This document shows positions 8,741 to 16,427 of a stretch of 18,968 bases of DNA, piece by piece. The stretch is from Candidatus Thorarchaeota archaeon (GTDB lineage: Archaea > Asgardarchaeota > Thorarchaeia > Thorarchaeales > Thorarchaeaceae): positions 29,379 to 48,346 of the forward strand of contig JBHLQM010000008.1 in assembly GCA_048884785.1 (NCBI GenBank). The letters run 5' to 3'. The translations under genes were made by a program, and so were the position numbers. The stretch's first letter is position 1. Each line of letters begins with the position of its first letter. Under the pieces are notes generated by a model, which ran no database searches, was not told the DNA's origin, and saw nothing but the letters and a program-made list of their open reading frames with translations.

Positions 8741-8763
8741 GGAAGTTAAAGGAGAGAATATGA

Positions 8764-10500
8764 ATGGAAGAAATGCCATGGCACAAGACGAGATGGCCGA
8801 AGACAGTCAAGAAGACCTTAGACTATCCTGAAAAGCCACTCTTCTCGTTGCTAGACAAGATAGCCGCTGAACATCCAAGTGCGCCTTCAACGATATATTC
8901 GGGGATTTCACACCCCTTCTCAGAAGTGAAGGATCATGCAGATCGGATAGCCAATTTCCTTGTGAGTAGAGGTATTGGAAAAGGTGACAGGGTTGCAGTA
9001 TTCATGCCAAATGTACCTCACTATCCGCCCGTGTTCTTCGGAATTCTAAAGACAGGTGCAACAGCGGTCACATGCAACCCGCAGTACAAGGCGGGAGAAT
9101 TGAATTTTCAACTGAAAGACTCTGGTGCAAAGGCGATATTTGTCTTTGACCACGCAACCTTTGTGCCAACGACATATGAAGCCGCAAAGGGTACGAATGT
9201 TGAAACAGTAGTTGTTTGTAGTATCAAGAGCTTCCTACCTAAGGCAAAGGCAGTGATTGGCAGCCTGATAGGAAAGGTACCTAAGGCAAAATCATATGAA
9301 GAAGGCACATTCTTCTATGATAGCATCGTTGCAGAATACGAGCCCAAGGTGCCTGATGTGAAGGTTAATGCAAAGGAGGACCTTGCGCTAATTCTCTACA
9401 CAGGCGGAACGACAGGCACACCGAAAGGTGCAATGCTCACTCATTATAATCTGTACAGCAACGTCATGCAGGTAGACGAATGGGTTCAGCTAGAACCAAA
9501 AGAAGGAGGACCTCCAGCGAAACTAAAGCCGGGCGAGGAGGTTTTTGTTGGAGCACTACCATGGTACCACAGCTACGGTCTCACACTCACAATGGTCGCT
9601 TCGTATCTCATGGGGAGTGCATTGATCTGCGTCCCAGACCCCAGAAACATGAAGGAACTACTCTCTGATATTCAGAAAGAGAAGGGTTCACTCCTTCATT
9701 GTGTTCCTGCAATCTACGCAGGTATGGTGAACAATCCCTCAATCAGCAAATACGACCTATCGTCTCTCAAAGGCTGTGGCTCTGGAGCAGCTCCACTGCC
9801 ACCAGAACTGGCCAAGACCTTTGAATCAATCACTGGAGCTACACTCTTCGAGGGGTATGGCCTCACTGAGACTTCACCGATGGCAACTGCGAACCCATCC
9901 ATCAAGAGCCTACGGAAGTTCGGATCCATTGGTGTCCCAATACCTGACACGTATCTTGCTGTTCTGGACCTAGAAACTGGAAACAAGAAACTCAAGCAGG
10001 GAGAAACTGGAGAGATTGCCATTAGCGGACCACAAGTTATGAAGGGCTACTGGAACAAGCCAGAGGATACCTCTCAGGTCATGCGCAACATCGATGGCAA
10101 ACGGTTCTTCCTCACAGGTGACATTGGGCACATGGATGAAGATGGCTTCTTTGTTATATCTGACCGCAAGAAAGACATGATTAGCGTTGGCGGACTGAAG
10201 GCATACCCACGAGAGATCGAGGACAAGTTGTTCGAGCATCCCAAGGTGGCAATGGCTGCTGTCATTGGTCTGCCTAAAAAGGACGAACCAAGCAATGAAT
10301 ATGTGAAAGCTTACATTGTGCTCAAAGAGGGTGAAACGGCCACTGAGGACGAGTTCATAACATGGGCCAAAGACAAAATGGCAGGTTACAAGCGGCCTCA
10401 AGAAGTTGAGTTTGTCAAAACTCTGCCCATGACCGCAGTCGGAAAAGTACTCAGGAGAGAGCTCAAGGAAGCTGAACTCAAGAAGAGACAAAAGGCGTAA
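8764..10500 (+). CDS. fadD: Long-chain-fatty-acid--CoA ligase (AMP-forming, FadD-like), paralog 1
   Basis: AMP-binding motif LYTGGTTGTPKG, EGYGLTETSP, FLTGDIG, DRKKDMI and C-terminal PMTAVGKVLRR. Confidence 0.93.
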   Translation: MEEMPWHKTRWPKTVKKTLDYPEKPLFSLLDKIAAEHPSAPSTIYSGISHPFSEVKDHADRIANFLVSRGIGKGDRVAVFMPNVPHYPPVFFGILKTGATAVTCNPQYKAGELNFQLKDSGAKAIFVFDHATFVPTTYEAAKGTNVETVVVCSIKSFLPKAKAVIGSLIGKVPKAKSYEEGTFFYDSIVAEYEPKVPDVKVNAKEDLALILYTGGTTGTPKGAMLTHYNLYSNVMQVDEWVQLEPKEGGPPAKLKPGEEVFVGALPWYHSYGLTLTMVASYLMGSALICVPDPRNMKELLSDIQKEKGSLLHCVPAIYAGMVNNPSISKYDLSSLKGCGSGAAPLPPELAKTFESITGATLFEGYGLTETSPMATANPSIKSLRKFGSIGVPIPDTYLAVLDLETGNKKLKQGETGEIAISGPQVMKGYWNKPEDTSQVMRNIDGKRFFLTGDIGHMDEDGFFVISDRKKDMISVGGLKAYPREIEDKLFEHPKVAMAAVIGLPKKDEPSNEYVKAYIVLKEGETATEDEFITWAKDKMAGYKRPQEVEFVKTLPMTAVGKVLRRELKEAELKKRQKA

Positions 10501-10502
10501 TT

Positions 10503-10538
10503 AGGACAGGGGCTCATGAGCCCCACTCCTCTCTTTTT
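10503..10538 (+). terminator. Putative terminator: perfect palindrome GGGGCTCATGAGCCCC followed by a pyrimidine/T tract
   Basis: 16-bp perfect palindrome at 10509-10524, outer AGGA/TCCT pairing and then CTCTTTTT, directly after the ligase stop at 10500. Confidence 0.6.
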
Positions 10539-10605
10539 ATGTCATAGAATCAGAGGACTGATATTGGTAGATATTCCTAAGAGACCAAAGGTTGGATAGA
10601 TTTCA

Positions 10606-11811
10606 TTGATCAGCGCAACAGCAAACCGTATGCTTTCAAGAAGCATGCGAAACCTTAGGTATGACTATGCTGCGATAGACTGGAAGCCCATAATAACCAC
10701 CAATCTGGGGCTCTATGTTCACGTGCCCTTCTGCGAACGCCTCTGCGCCTTCTGTCCATTTCACAGAGTGCTCTATGATAAGGACAAGAAGGACGCATAT
10801 CTCAAGGCCCTCCTGAGAGAGATTGAGCTTCGGGAGCTGGAGGGAGATGTTGAATGGGTATACTTTGGAGGCGGGACTCCTAACCTCCTGAAGGCAGAAG
10901 AGATTGGACAGATTTTGAACAGATTCAAAGAGTTTGTCTCATGTGAGGACATTGGGATGGAGGGGAAACCGCCGTTCTTCACAAGAGAGTACCTGGAGTC
11001 TGTGGCTAAGCATGAGATTTCAAAAATCAGCATGGGAGTCGAGACCCTGAAGCCTGAGACTCTCCGGAGAGTGGAGCGCGACAGAACAGACCTTCATCTT
11101 ATCCGGCAGATTGTAAATGATGCACATGATCTGGGGATGGTGGTGAATGCAGACCTCATGGTGGGGCTGCCGCTCCAGTATAGAGCTGATTTTCTTCTCG
11201 ACATCACTAAGATTGCGGAAACTGGTATTGATCAAATCACGACATACCCCTATACAAAAGCCCCAGGGGCAAAGATGCACAAGGACATCACATCGAAGGA
11301 TATCTTCGATATGATTGAGAGCGCAGATGACATCCTAACAGATAACGGATTCGTGAGGGAGAATGTCTGGGTATTCTCCACCCCAGAACTTGCAAAAAAG
11401 GCACCAGGTGAGCATCCTGAAGACTATCAAGGGTTTGGCCCCTCAGCGTTCAGCAAAGTGGAGAAGCTTCAGATTGTGAACCCTCATCTCGATGATTATC
11501 TAAAGCACATTAGTGGTGGGCATTGTTTTGGCTTTAAGATACTTTTTGAAGATAATTTCGATTACTGGAGGAAATTCGCGCACAAACTGTATGACCTGCA
11601 TGTTGGAAAGGAATTCCTCAAGACGATGCCATTCAGTATTCGAACCGTAGCGAACCTTCTCAAACTCAGTGGATACCTATCTGGTGAGGATGTGACAAGG
11701 AGAGGAAGGTATTTCGTTCACGACCTCACGATTAATGCGATTGAGAGTCTTCCATACCCCCTTGGTAATCCGGTCTCTAGAGGAGTTGCATGCATGAACA
11801 TCTTCTTTTGA
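10606..11811 (+). CDS. HemN-family (class C-like) radical SAM protein, MenK/MqnK/HemW-related
   Basis: LYVHVPFCERLCAFCPF (CxxxCxxC), VYFGGGTP, ISMGVET, NADLMVGLP, QITTYP and YQGFGPSA. TTG start. Confidence 0.88.
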   Translation: MISATANRMLSRSMRNLRYDYAAIDWKPIITTNLGLYVHVPFCERLCAFCPFHRVLYDKDKKDAYLKALLREIELRELEGDVEWVYFGGGTPNLLKAEEIGQILNRFKEFVSCEDIGMEGKPPFFTREYLESVAKHEISKISMGVETLKPETLRRVERDRTDLHLIRQIVNDAHDLGMVVNADLMVGLPLQYRADFLLDITKIAETGIDQITTYPYTKAPGAKMHKDITSKDIFDMIESADDILTDNGFVRENVWVFSTPELAKKAPGEHPEDYQGFGPSAFSKVEKLQIVNPHLDDYLKHISGGHCFGFKILFEDNFDYWRKFAHKLYDLHVGKEFLKTMPFSIRTVANLLKLSGYLSGEDVTRRGRYFVHDLTINAIESLPYPLGNPVSRGVACMNIFF

Positions 11812-12009
11812 CGCCCAGGAAGATTGATTCTTTCTTCGCTCAAACGATCGCAAGAAGGACATACCGAACGTCGGTTTTGTCCATGACTCTAGTAAACAAT
11901 ATTGAATGTTGAAGATTGCTACATCATCACTCTTCGCCCCAACAAATAAGAGGGAGCATGCCCGTAGTCAACAGATAATTCTAAACTATTCATGTGGAGA
12001 AATCAGGCT

Positions 12010-13758
12010 TTGAAAGAGATGTATTGGCAGGATGGACCAGGGTGGCCAAAGACTGCAAAGAAAACGATAGAATATCCAAAGGAACCCGTCTATGCAATGC
12101 TGGATAGGGCTGCTGAAAAGAGCGGAAATCTTCCTTATACTGTATTCATGGGACACTCGAGGACCTTCGCACAGGTGAGAGAAGATGCAGATAAGATAGC
12201 CAATTTTCTGGTAAGCAAGGGAATCAAAGAGGGAAGTCGTATTGCGATATTCCTTCCTAATGTACCACATTTCCCACCTGTTTTCTTTGGAGCAACAAAG
12301 GCTGGAGCGAAGATTGTGACATGCAACCCGCTTTACAAAACAGGGGAATTGCATTATCAGCTCAATGATACAGGTGCAGAATTGGTCTTTGCTTTAGACC
12401 ATCTAACATTCTTGCCCACGTGCTATGAAGCCATCAAGGGAACAAGTGTTAAGACGGTGGTCGTGTGTAGTGTGAAATCATTCCTACCAAAAGCACTGGC
12501 TGTCATTGGTGGCTTAATTGGGAGAATCCCAAAGAGCCCATACTATGAAGATGATAAGACTGTGTTCTATGATGACATTATTGCCCAATATGAACCAAAG
12601 TCACCTCAGGCAAAGGTCAACCCCGAGGAGACTGCCATACTAATCTATACAGGTGGTACGACTGGAACACCAAAGGGAGCGGAGCTCACCCACGTGAATC
12701 TGGTTTCAAATGTCCTTCAGATTGCTGACTGGACCTATATTGAAGATGCGGATCCACCCAGCGGCGTACGATATGGAGAGGAGGTGTTTTGTGGTGCAGT
12801 TCCATGGTATCATAGCTATGGACTCACGGTCACGTTCCTAATGGCAACTTGGAATGCAGGGCAGCTGGTCTGTGTTCCAGACCCACGGGCCGGCAAGCCT
12901 CCGATGACAGATCTGCTTAAGAATATGGCAGAAACAAAGAGCACAGTGTTGAATTGTGTGCCTGCACTCTATGCCGCTATTGTAAATCATCCGAATGTAA
13001 GAAAATATGACCTTTCAAGCGTCAAAATCTGCAGTTCAGGAGCGGCTCCACTACCACCTGAATTGGCGAAGGGCTTTGAGGAAGTCACAGGTGCTGATCT
13101 CTTTGAGGGCTATGGATTAACAGAGACCTCTCCGGTCACTCACAGTAATCCTACCAACAAGAAACAGCGAAAGTTTGGCTCGATTGGCATACCAATTGCA
13201 GACACCATCTGCAAGATCGTGGATTTGGATACTGGCACTAAAGAGATGCCAATTGGAGAGATTGGCGAGATAGCCATTCATGGACCACAGGTCTTCAAGG
13301 GCTATTACAATAAACCAGAAGAAACTGCAAATGTCATGCGCCAGATAGGCGGAAAACGCTTCTTCCTGACAGGTGATGTCGGGCACATGGACAAGGATGG
13401 CTACACTTTCATCAGTGACCGCAAGAAACAAATGATAAATGTTGGCGGGCTCAAGGCGTACCCGAGGGAGATTGAGGACATTCTCTTTGAGCATCCAAAG
13501 ATCTCGTTGGCGGCCGCTGTCGGCATCCCAAGGGATGACGACCCGACTAACGAGTTTGTCAAGGCATTTATTGTCTTGAAGGAGGGTGCTACAGCAACAC
13601 CAGAAGAGTTCGTAGAATGGTCAAAAGAGAAAATGGCAGGTTACAAGCGACCGAGAGAGGTTGAGATTGTAGACTCCCTACCACTCAGCAACGTTGGCAA
13701 GGTCCTCCGGCGAGTCTTGAGAGATGAGGAGATTAAGAAGCGCGGTCTTGCCAAGTAG
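12010..13758 (+). CDS. fadD: Long-chain-fatty-acid--CoA ligase (AMP-forming, FadD-like), paralog 2
   Basis: IYTGGTTGTPKG, EGYGLTETSP, FLTGDVG and PLSNVGKVLRR; colinear with paralog 1. TTG 12010 gives (M)KEMYW, which aligns with MEEMPW of paralog 1 and follows GGAGA. ATG 11992 is the alternative start. Confidence 0.92.
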   Translation: MKEMYWQDGPGWPKTAKKTIEYPKEPVYAMLDRAAEKSGNLPYTVFMGHSRTFAQVREDADKIANFLVSKGIKEGSRIAIFLPNVPHFPPVFFGATKAGAKIVTCNPLYKTGELHYQLNDTGAELVFALDHLTFLPTCYEAIKGTSVKTVVVCSVKSFLPKALAVIGGLIGRIPKSPYYEDDKTVFYDDIIAQYEPKSPQAKVNPEETAILIYTGGTTGTPKGAELTHVNLVSNVLQIADWTYIEDADPPSGVRYGEEVFCGAVPWYHSYGLTVTFLMATWNAGQLVCVPDPRAGKPPMTDLLKNMAETKSTVLNCVPALYAAIVNHPNVRKYDLSSVKICSSGAAPLPPELAKGFEEVTGADLFEGYGLTETSPVTHSNPTNKKQRKFGSIGIPIADTICKIVDLDTGTKEMPIGEIGEIAIHGPQVFKGYYNKPEETANVMRQIGGKRFFLTGDVGHMDKDGYTFISDRKKQMINVGGLKAYPREIEDILFEHPKISLAAAVGIPRDDDPTNEFVKAFIVLKEGATATPEEFVEWSKEKMAGYKRPREVEIVDSLPLSNVGKVLRRVLRDEEIKKRGLAK

Positions 13759-13778
13759 ATGAACAGGGGTACACTGAG

Positions 13779-14381
13779 TTGAACTGGAAACGAATTGGAG
13801 CTTGGTGCGGAGTCCTAGCCGGGCTACAGTTCGTGGTCATCACCTTCGCAATCATGCCATTCTATCCTGGAGGGTACTCCTTCTTCGAGAATTACTTCAG
13901 TCAGCTGGGGCTCTCAGAGACAAACGGTGTTCCAACACCACTGAATTGGCTGATGTTCGCATTGGCAACCATACTTGGGGGTGCCCTATCATTCCCATTC
14001 TGGTTGTCGATACGAACTGTGTTCACAGAAACGACCTCACTGAGAGCACTCAGCGGGCTTGGTACAACGCTGGGCATCTTGTCCTGTCCTTGCCTTGCTG
14101 GGATTGGGATCTTTGCAGCAGACCTGTTCCTAGTGGCTCATGCATTGTCAACGATACTATTCTTCGTTCTTTTTGCTGCGGCTGTAGGACTGTATTCTGT
14201 ATGCATACTTCTCAGCAAAGAGTATGAGAACGTCTACGCACTGGTTGGCGTTGTCGTGTGTGCAATCTGCCTAGTTCATATCCTAGCCATACTCACTGCA
14301 GCTATGCAGAAGCTTGCAGTGTACAGCATTGTACTCTATTCAGTATTCCAAGGGTACAAGTTACTACAGGTCTTTCAATGA
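13779..14381 (+). CDS. Multi-pass membrane protein, DUF998/Frag1-like
   Basis: About 5-6 hydrophobic helices, the motif YPGGYSFFENYFSQLG, a GIGIF..D segment and a His in AHALS, resembling DUF998. Confidence 0.7.
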   Translation: MNWKRIGAWCGVLAGLQFVVITFAIMPFYPGGYSFFENYFSQLGLSETNGVPTPLNWLMFALATILGGALSFPFWLSIRTVFTETTSLRALSGLGTTLGILSCPCLAGIGIFAADLFLVAHALSTILFFVLFAAAVGLYSVCILLSKEYENVYALVGVVVCAICLVHILAILTAAMQKLAVYSIVLYSVFQGYKLLQVFQ

Positions 14382-14387
14382 ATTAGT

Positions 14388-15737
14388 TTAAACAAGCGAG
14401 ATGGAGGCAAAGGTCCTTTTCCACCAGTACTGGTGAAGAGGCAGCGAGGAGTGCCAGTAGATGAAACCAGCAAGTCCCTTTGGTACCGCTCGTATTCTTT
14501 GAGAAACAGCTGTCAGTCCAGTCCTGAGTTGTTTGACCTTCAGCTCAAGTGTGATCTCGAGGGGTGCATGCAATTGTGATACCAGTTTGAGATATTGTGG
14601 GGGTTGGGTATCTATCAATCTCCAGCGCCAGTACTTGTTGAGGATGCCGAACAATCTCTGTGAAGTTTTAACTGAATGCCAGACTTCCTGTGGTGTTGCC
14701 TCAACCTCTCTACGGGTGGTTCTATGAAAGAGCGTTCCTCCGGCCCAAGCAGGATCATTTGGTTGAGTCCATTCGGGAATAAAACGGGTCGCCATTCCTG
14801 TCATAGTCTTTCCAGACATAATATATCGAAGCTCGTCTAGAGCAAGCCGAATAGCGGCCCTGGCGCTCAGCAACTTCTGAGGAACCAATTCAGTTATTTC
14901 TGTATTCTTGCAGATTGTTTCATTCTGAAGTCCCCCAACCAGCGGACGAGCGATGGAAGCTGGAACCGGTGTCACTAGATCCACCCAATATGATGAGAGA
15001 TGTGGGGTCAGAATTGGAATTGGGATGACAATGCGTTTGGGGAGTTTTGCCTCTTGAGCGTATATTGACATAAGATCCTGGTACCTTAAGATATCAGGAC
15101 CTCCAATATCAAGCGTTTTTCCCTTGGTGTTCCTGTTTTCAAGCACACCGACCAGGTATCTCAGAACATTGGATATTGCAATTGGCTGACTTCTGGTTCT
15201 TACCCACCGGGGCGTTGTCATTACCGGCAGCCTTTCTACAAGGTAGCGCATTATTTCAAATGAGGCACTACCTGCACCAATTATCATTGCAGCTCGCAGT
15301 GCTGTAAGAGGTGCATTGGCGGATGATAATATATTACGGACTTCAGTTCTCGACCTCAAATGCTTACTAAGTTGGTCAGTTTCGTCTCCCAGACCACCCA
15401 AGTAGATGATTCGTTCAATGCCTGAATCCTTACTTACATTGACCATGTTCTGAGCCGCTCTTCTATCTGCATCAGAAAAATCACTTCCGCCATACATAGA
15501 ATGGACAAGATAGTAGACTGCCTCAGTATCTGTACATGCTTTTACCAAGGATGGCAAATCAAATACATCTACTTCAACCGCTTCAACCCGACGGTCTCGG
15601 ACCCAGGAGCATTGATTCAGCTTTGACTTGCTCCTCCAAGAAGCCTTTACATGATAACCATTTTCAACTAGGGATTGAACAAGGCGGGAACCAACATAGC
15701 CAGTGGCTCCAAGAACTAGGATTCTATCAGATGTCAT
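14388..15737 (-). CDS. NAD(P)-binding atypical SDR, YbjT-like, with C-terminal DUF2867/SRPBCC-like domain
   Basis: ILVLGATGYVG, YYLVHSM, IIYLGGLG, SKHLRSR, LRAAMIIGAGSASFE, TPRWV.TRSQPIA and PKGLAGFIYW. Confidence 0.88.
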   Translation of the reverse strand: MTSDRILVLGATGYVGSRLVQSLVENGYHVKASWRSKSKLNQCSWVRDRRVEAVEVDVFDLPSLVKACTDTEAVYYLVHSMYGGSDFSDADRRAAQNMVNVSKDSGIERIIYLGGLGDETDQLSKHLRSRTEVRNILSSANAPLTALRAAMIIGAGSASFEIMRYLVERLPVMTTPRWVRTRSQPIAISNVLRYLVGVLENRNTKGKTLDIGGPDILRYQDLMSIYAQEAKLPKRIVIPIPILTPHLSSYWVDLVTPVPASIARPLVGGLQNETICKNTEITELVPQKLLSARAAIRLALDELRYIMSGKTMTGMATRFIPEWTQPNDPAWAGGTLFHRTTRREVEATPQEVWHSVKTSQRLFGILNKYWRWRLIDTQPPQYLKLVSQLHAPLEITLELKVKQLRTGLTAVSQRIRAVPKGLAGFIYWHSSLPLHQYWWKRTFASISLV

Positions 15738-15840
15738 CGTTACTTGTAGACAGGGAATTGGATAGAAGTCTTTTCGTTCGGCGTTTCACTGCCTAATCTT
15801 TAGATATTTAGTAACATTTCGGGAACAGAGATATCAAATC

Positions 15841-16368
15841 CTAGGTAAAGGAGTCTATGATCTTCTTTGAAATCAAGGCAAAGGACTCATTCACATTCTT
15901 ATTCAGCCTGACTGAAGCCTCTAGATAATCCATTCCTAGTTCTGTTGCGAAGCGTTTACCTTCCTCAGCTGGAACCACGCGGTCTACAGCTAGATCAGTT
16001 TTGTTGCCAATCAATAGACATGCATATTCATGGTCAATATTGCGGTCAGCTTCCTTCTTCCATTCGATGATATCGTTGAAGGATTCCCAGCTTGTTATAT
16101 CAAATGCAAAGAGAACACCTTGTGTACCCATATAGTAGTTTGACCGCACTCGTTCCAGAAAATCCTGGGATCCCATGTCCCAAATCTGAAGGGTTACGAA
16201 ATTATCTTCCACTCTAAGTTTCTTATATGCAAAACCAGTGCCAAGGGTGGGAGAATAGTGTTCACGAAAAGCTCCTGTAGAGTAGCGTATGATCATGCTT
16301 GTTTTTCCCACCGAACCGGAACCAACCGTGACCAATTTGAGAAGATATGTCGGAGACATGAGCATCAT
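15841..16368 (-). CDS. Rab-like small GTPase (Ras superfamily, Asgard type)
   Basis: G1 GSGSVGKTS, G2 YSPTLG, G3 WDMGSQ, G4 NKTD, G5 EASVR. Rab-family-like segments TLQIW, YYMGT and FAFDIT. No C-terminal Cys prenylation motif. The start may be 16368, 16365 or 16359. Confidence 0.93.
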   Translation of the reverse strand: MMLMSPTYLLKLVTVGSGSVGKTSMIIRYSTGAFREHYSPTLGTGFAYKKLRVEDNFVTLQIWDMGSQDFLERVRSNYYMGTQGVLFAFDITSWESFNDIIEWKKEADRNIDHEYACLLIGNKTDLAVDRVVPAEEGKRFATELGMDYLEASVRLNKNVNESFALISKKIIDSFT

Positions 16369-16427
16369 CTGTGAACAATTACATAATTTGATTCTCCTTC
16401 GTTTCTGATAAACTATTACCCGCGAGT

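Noticed and set aside
9970-10491. Antisense and alternate-frame ORFs (e.g. 9970-10491, 4315-4812, 16755-17201, 8034-8447, 13802-14227)
   Set aside because: They are shadows of well-supported genes and have no recognisable motifs.
10503-10538. Hairpin after ligase 1 considered as a SECIS, ncRNA or CRISPR repeat
   Set aside because: It is a single short copy followed by a T tract directly after a TAA stop; a terminator is the simpler explanation.
11809-11886. Possible selenocysteine or TGA readthrough at the end of the HemN-like gene (Asgard archaea can encode Sec)
   Set aside because: The TGA is not at a conserved Cys position, the 24-codon extension is featureless, and no convincing SECIS was seen.
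11677-11991. Small ORF 11677-11862 (minus strand) or a structured RNA between the radical SAM gene and ligase 2
   Set aside because: The ORF mostly overlaps the radical SAM gene, and only short chance-level palindromes (CAATATTG, TGCATGCA) were found.
15841-16368. Eukaryotic contamination or a Rag-type GTPase
   Set aside because: The context is intronless and operon-like with SD motifs, there is no prenylation tail, and the protein lacks the C-terminal roadblock domain of Rag GTPases.
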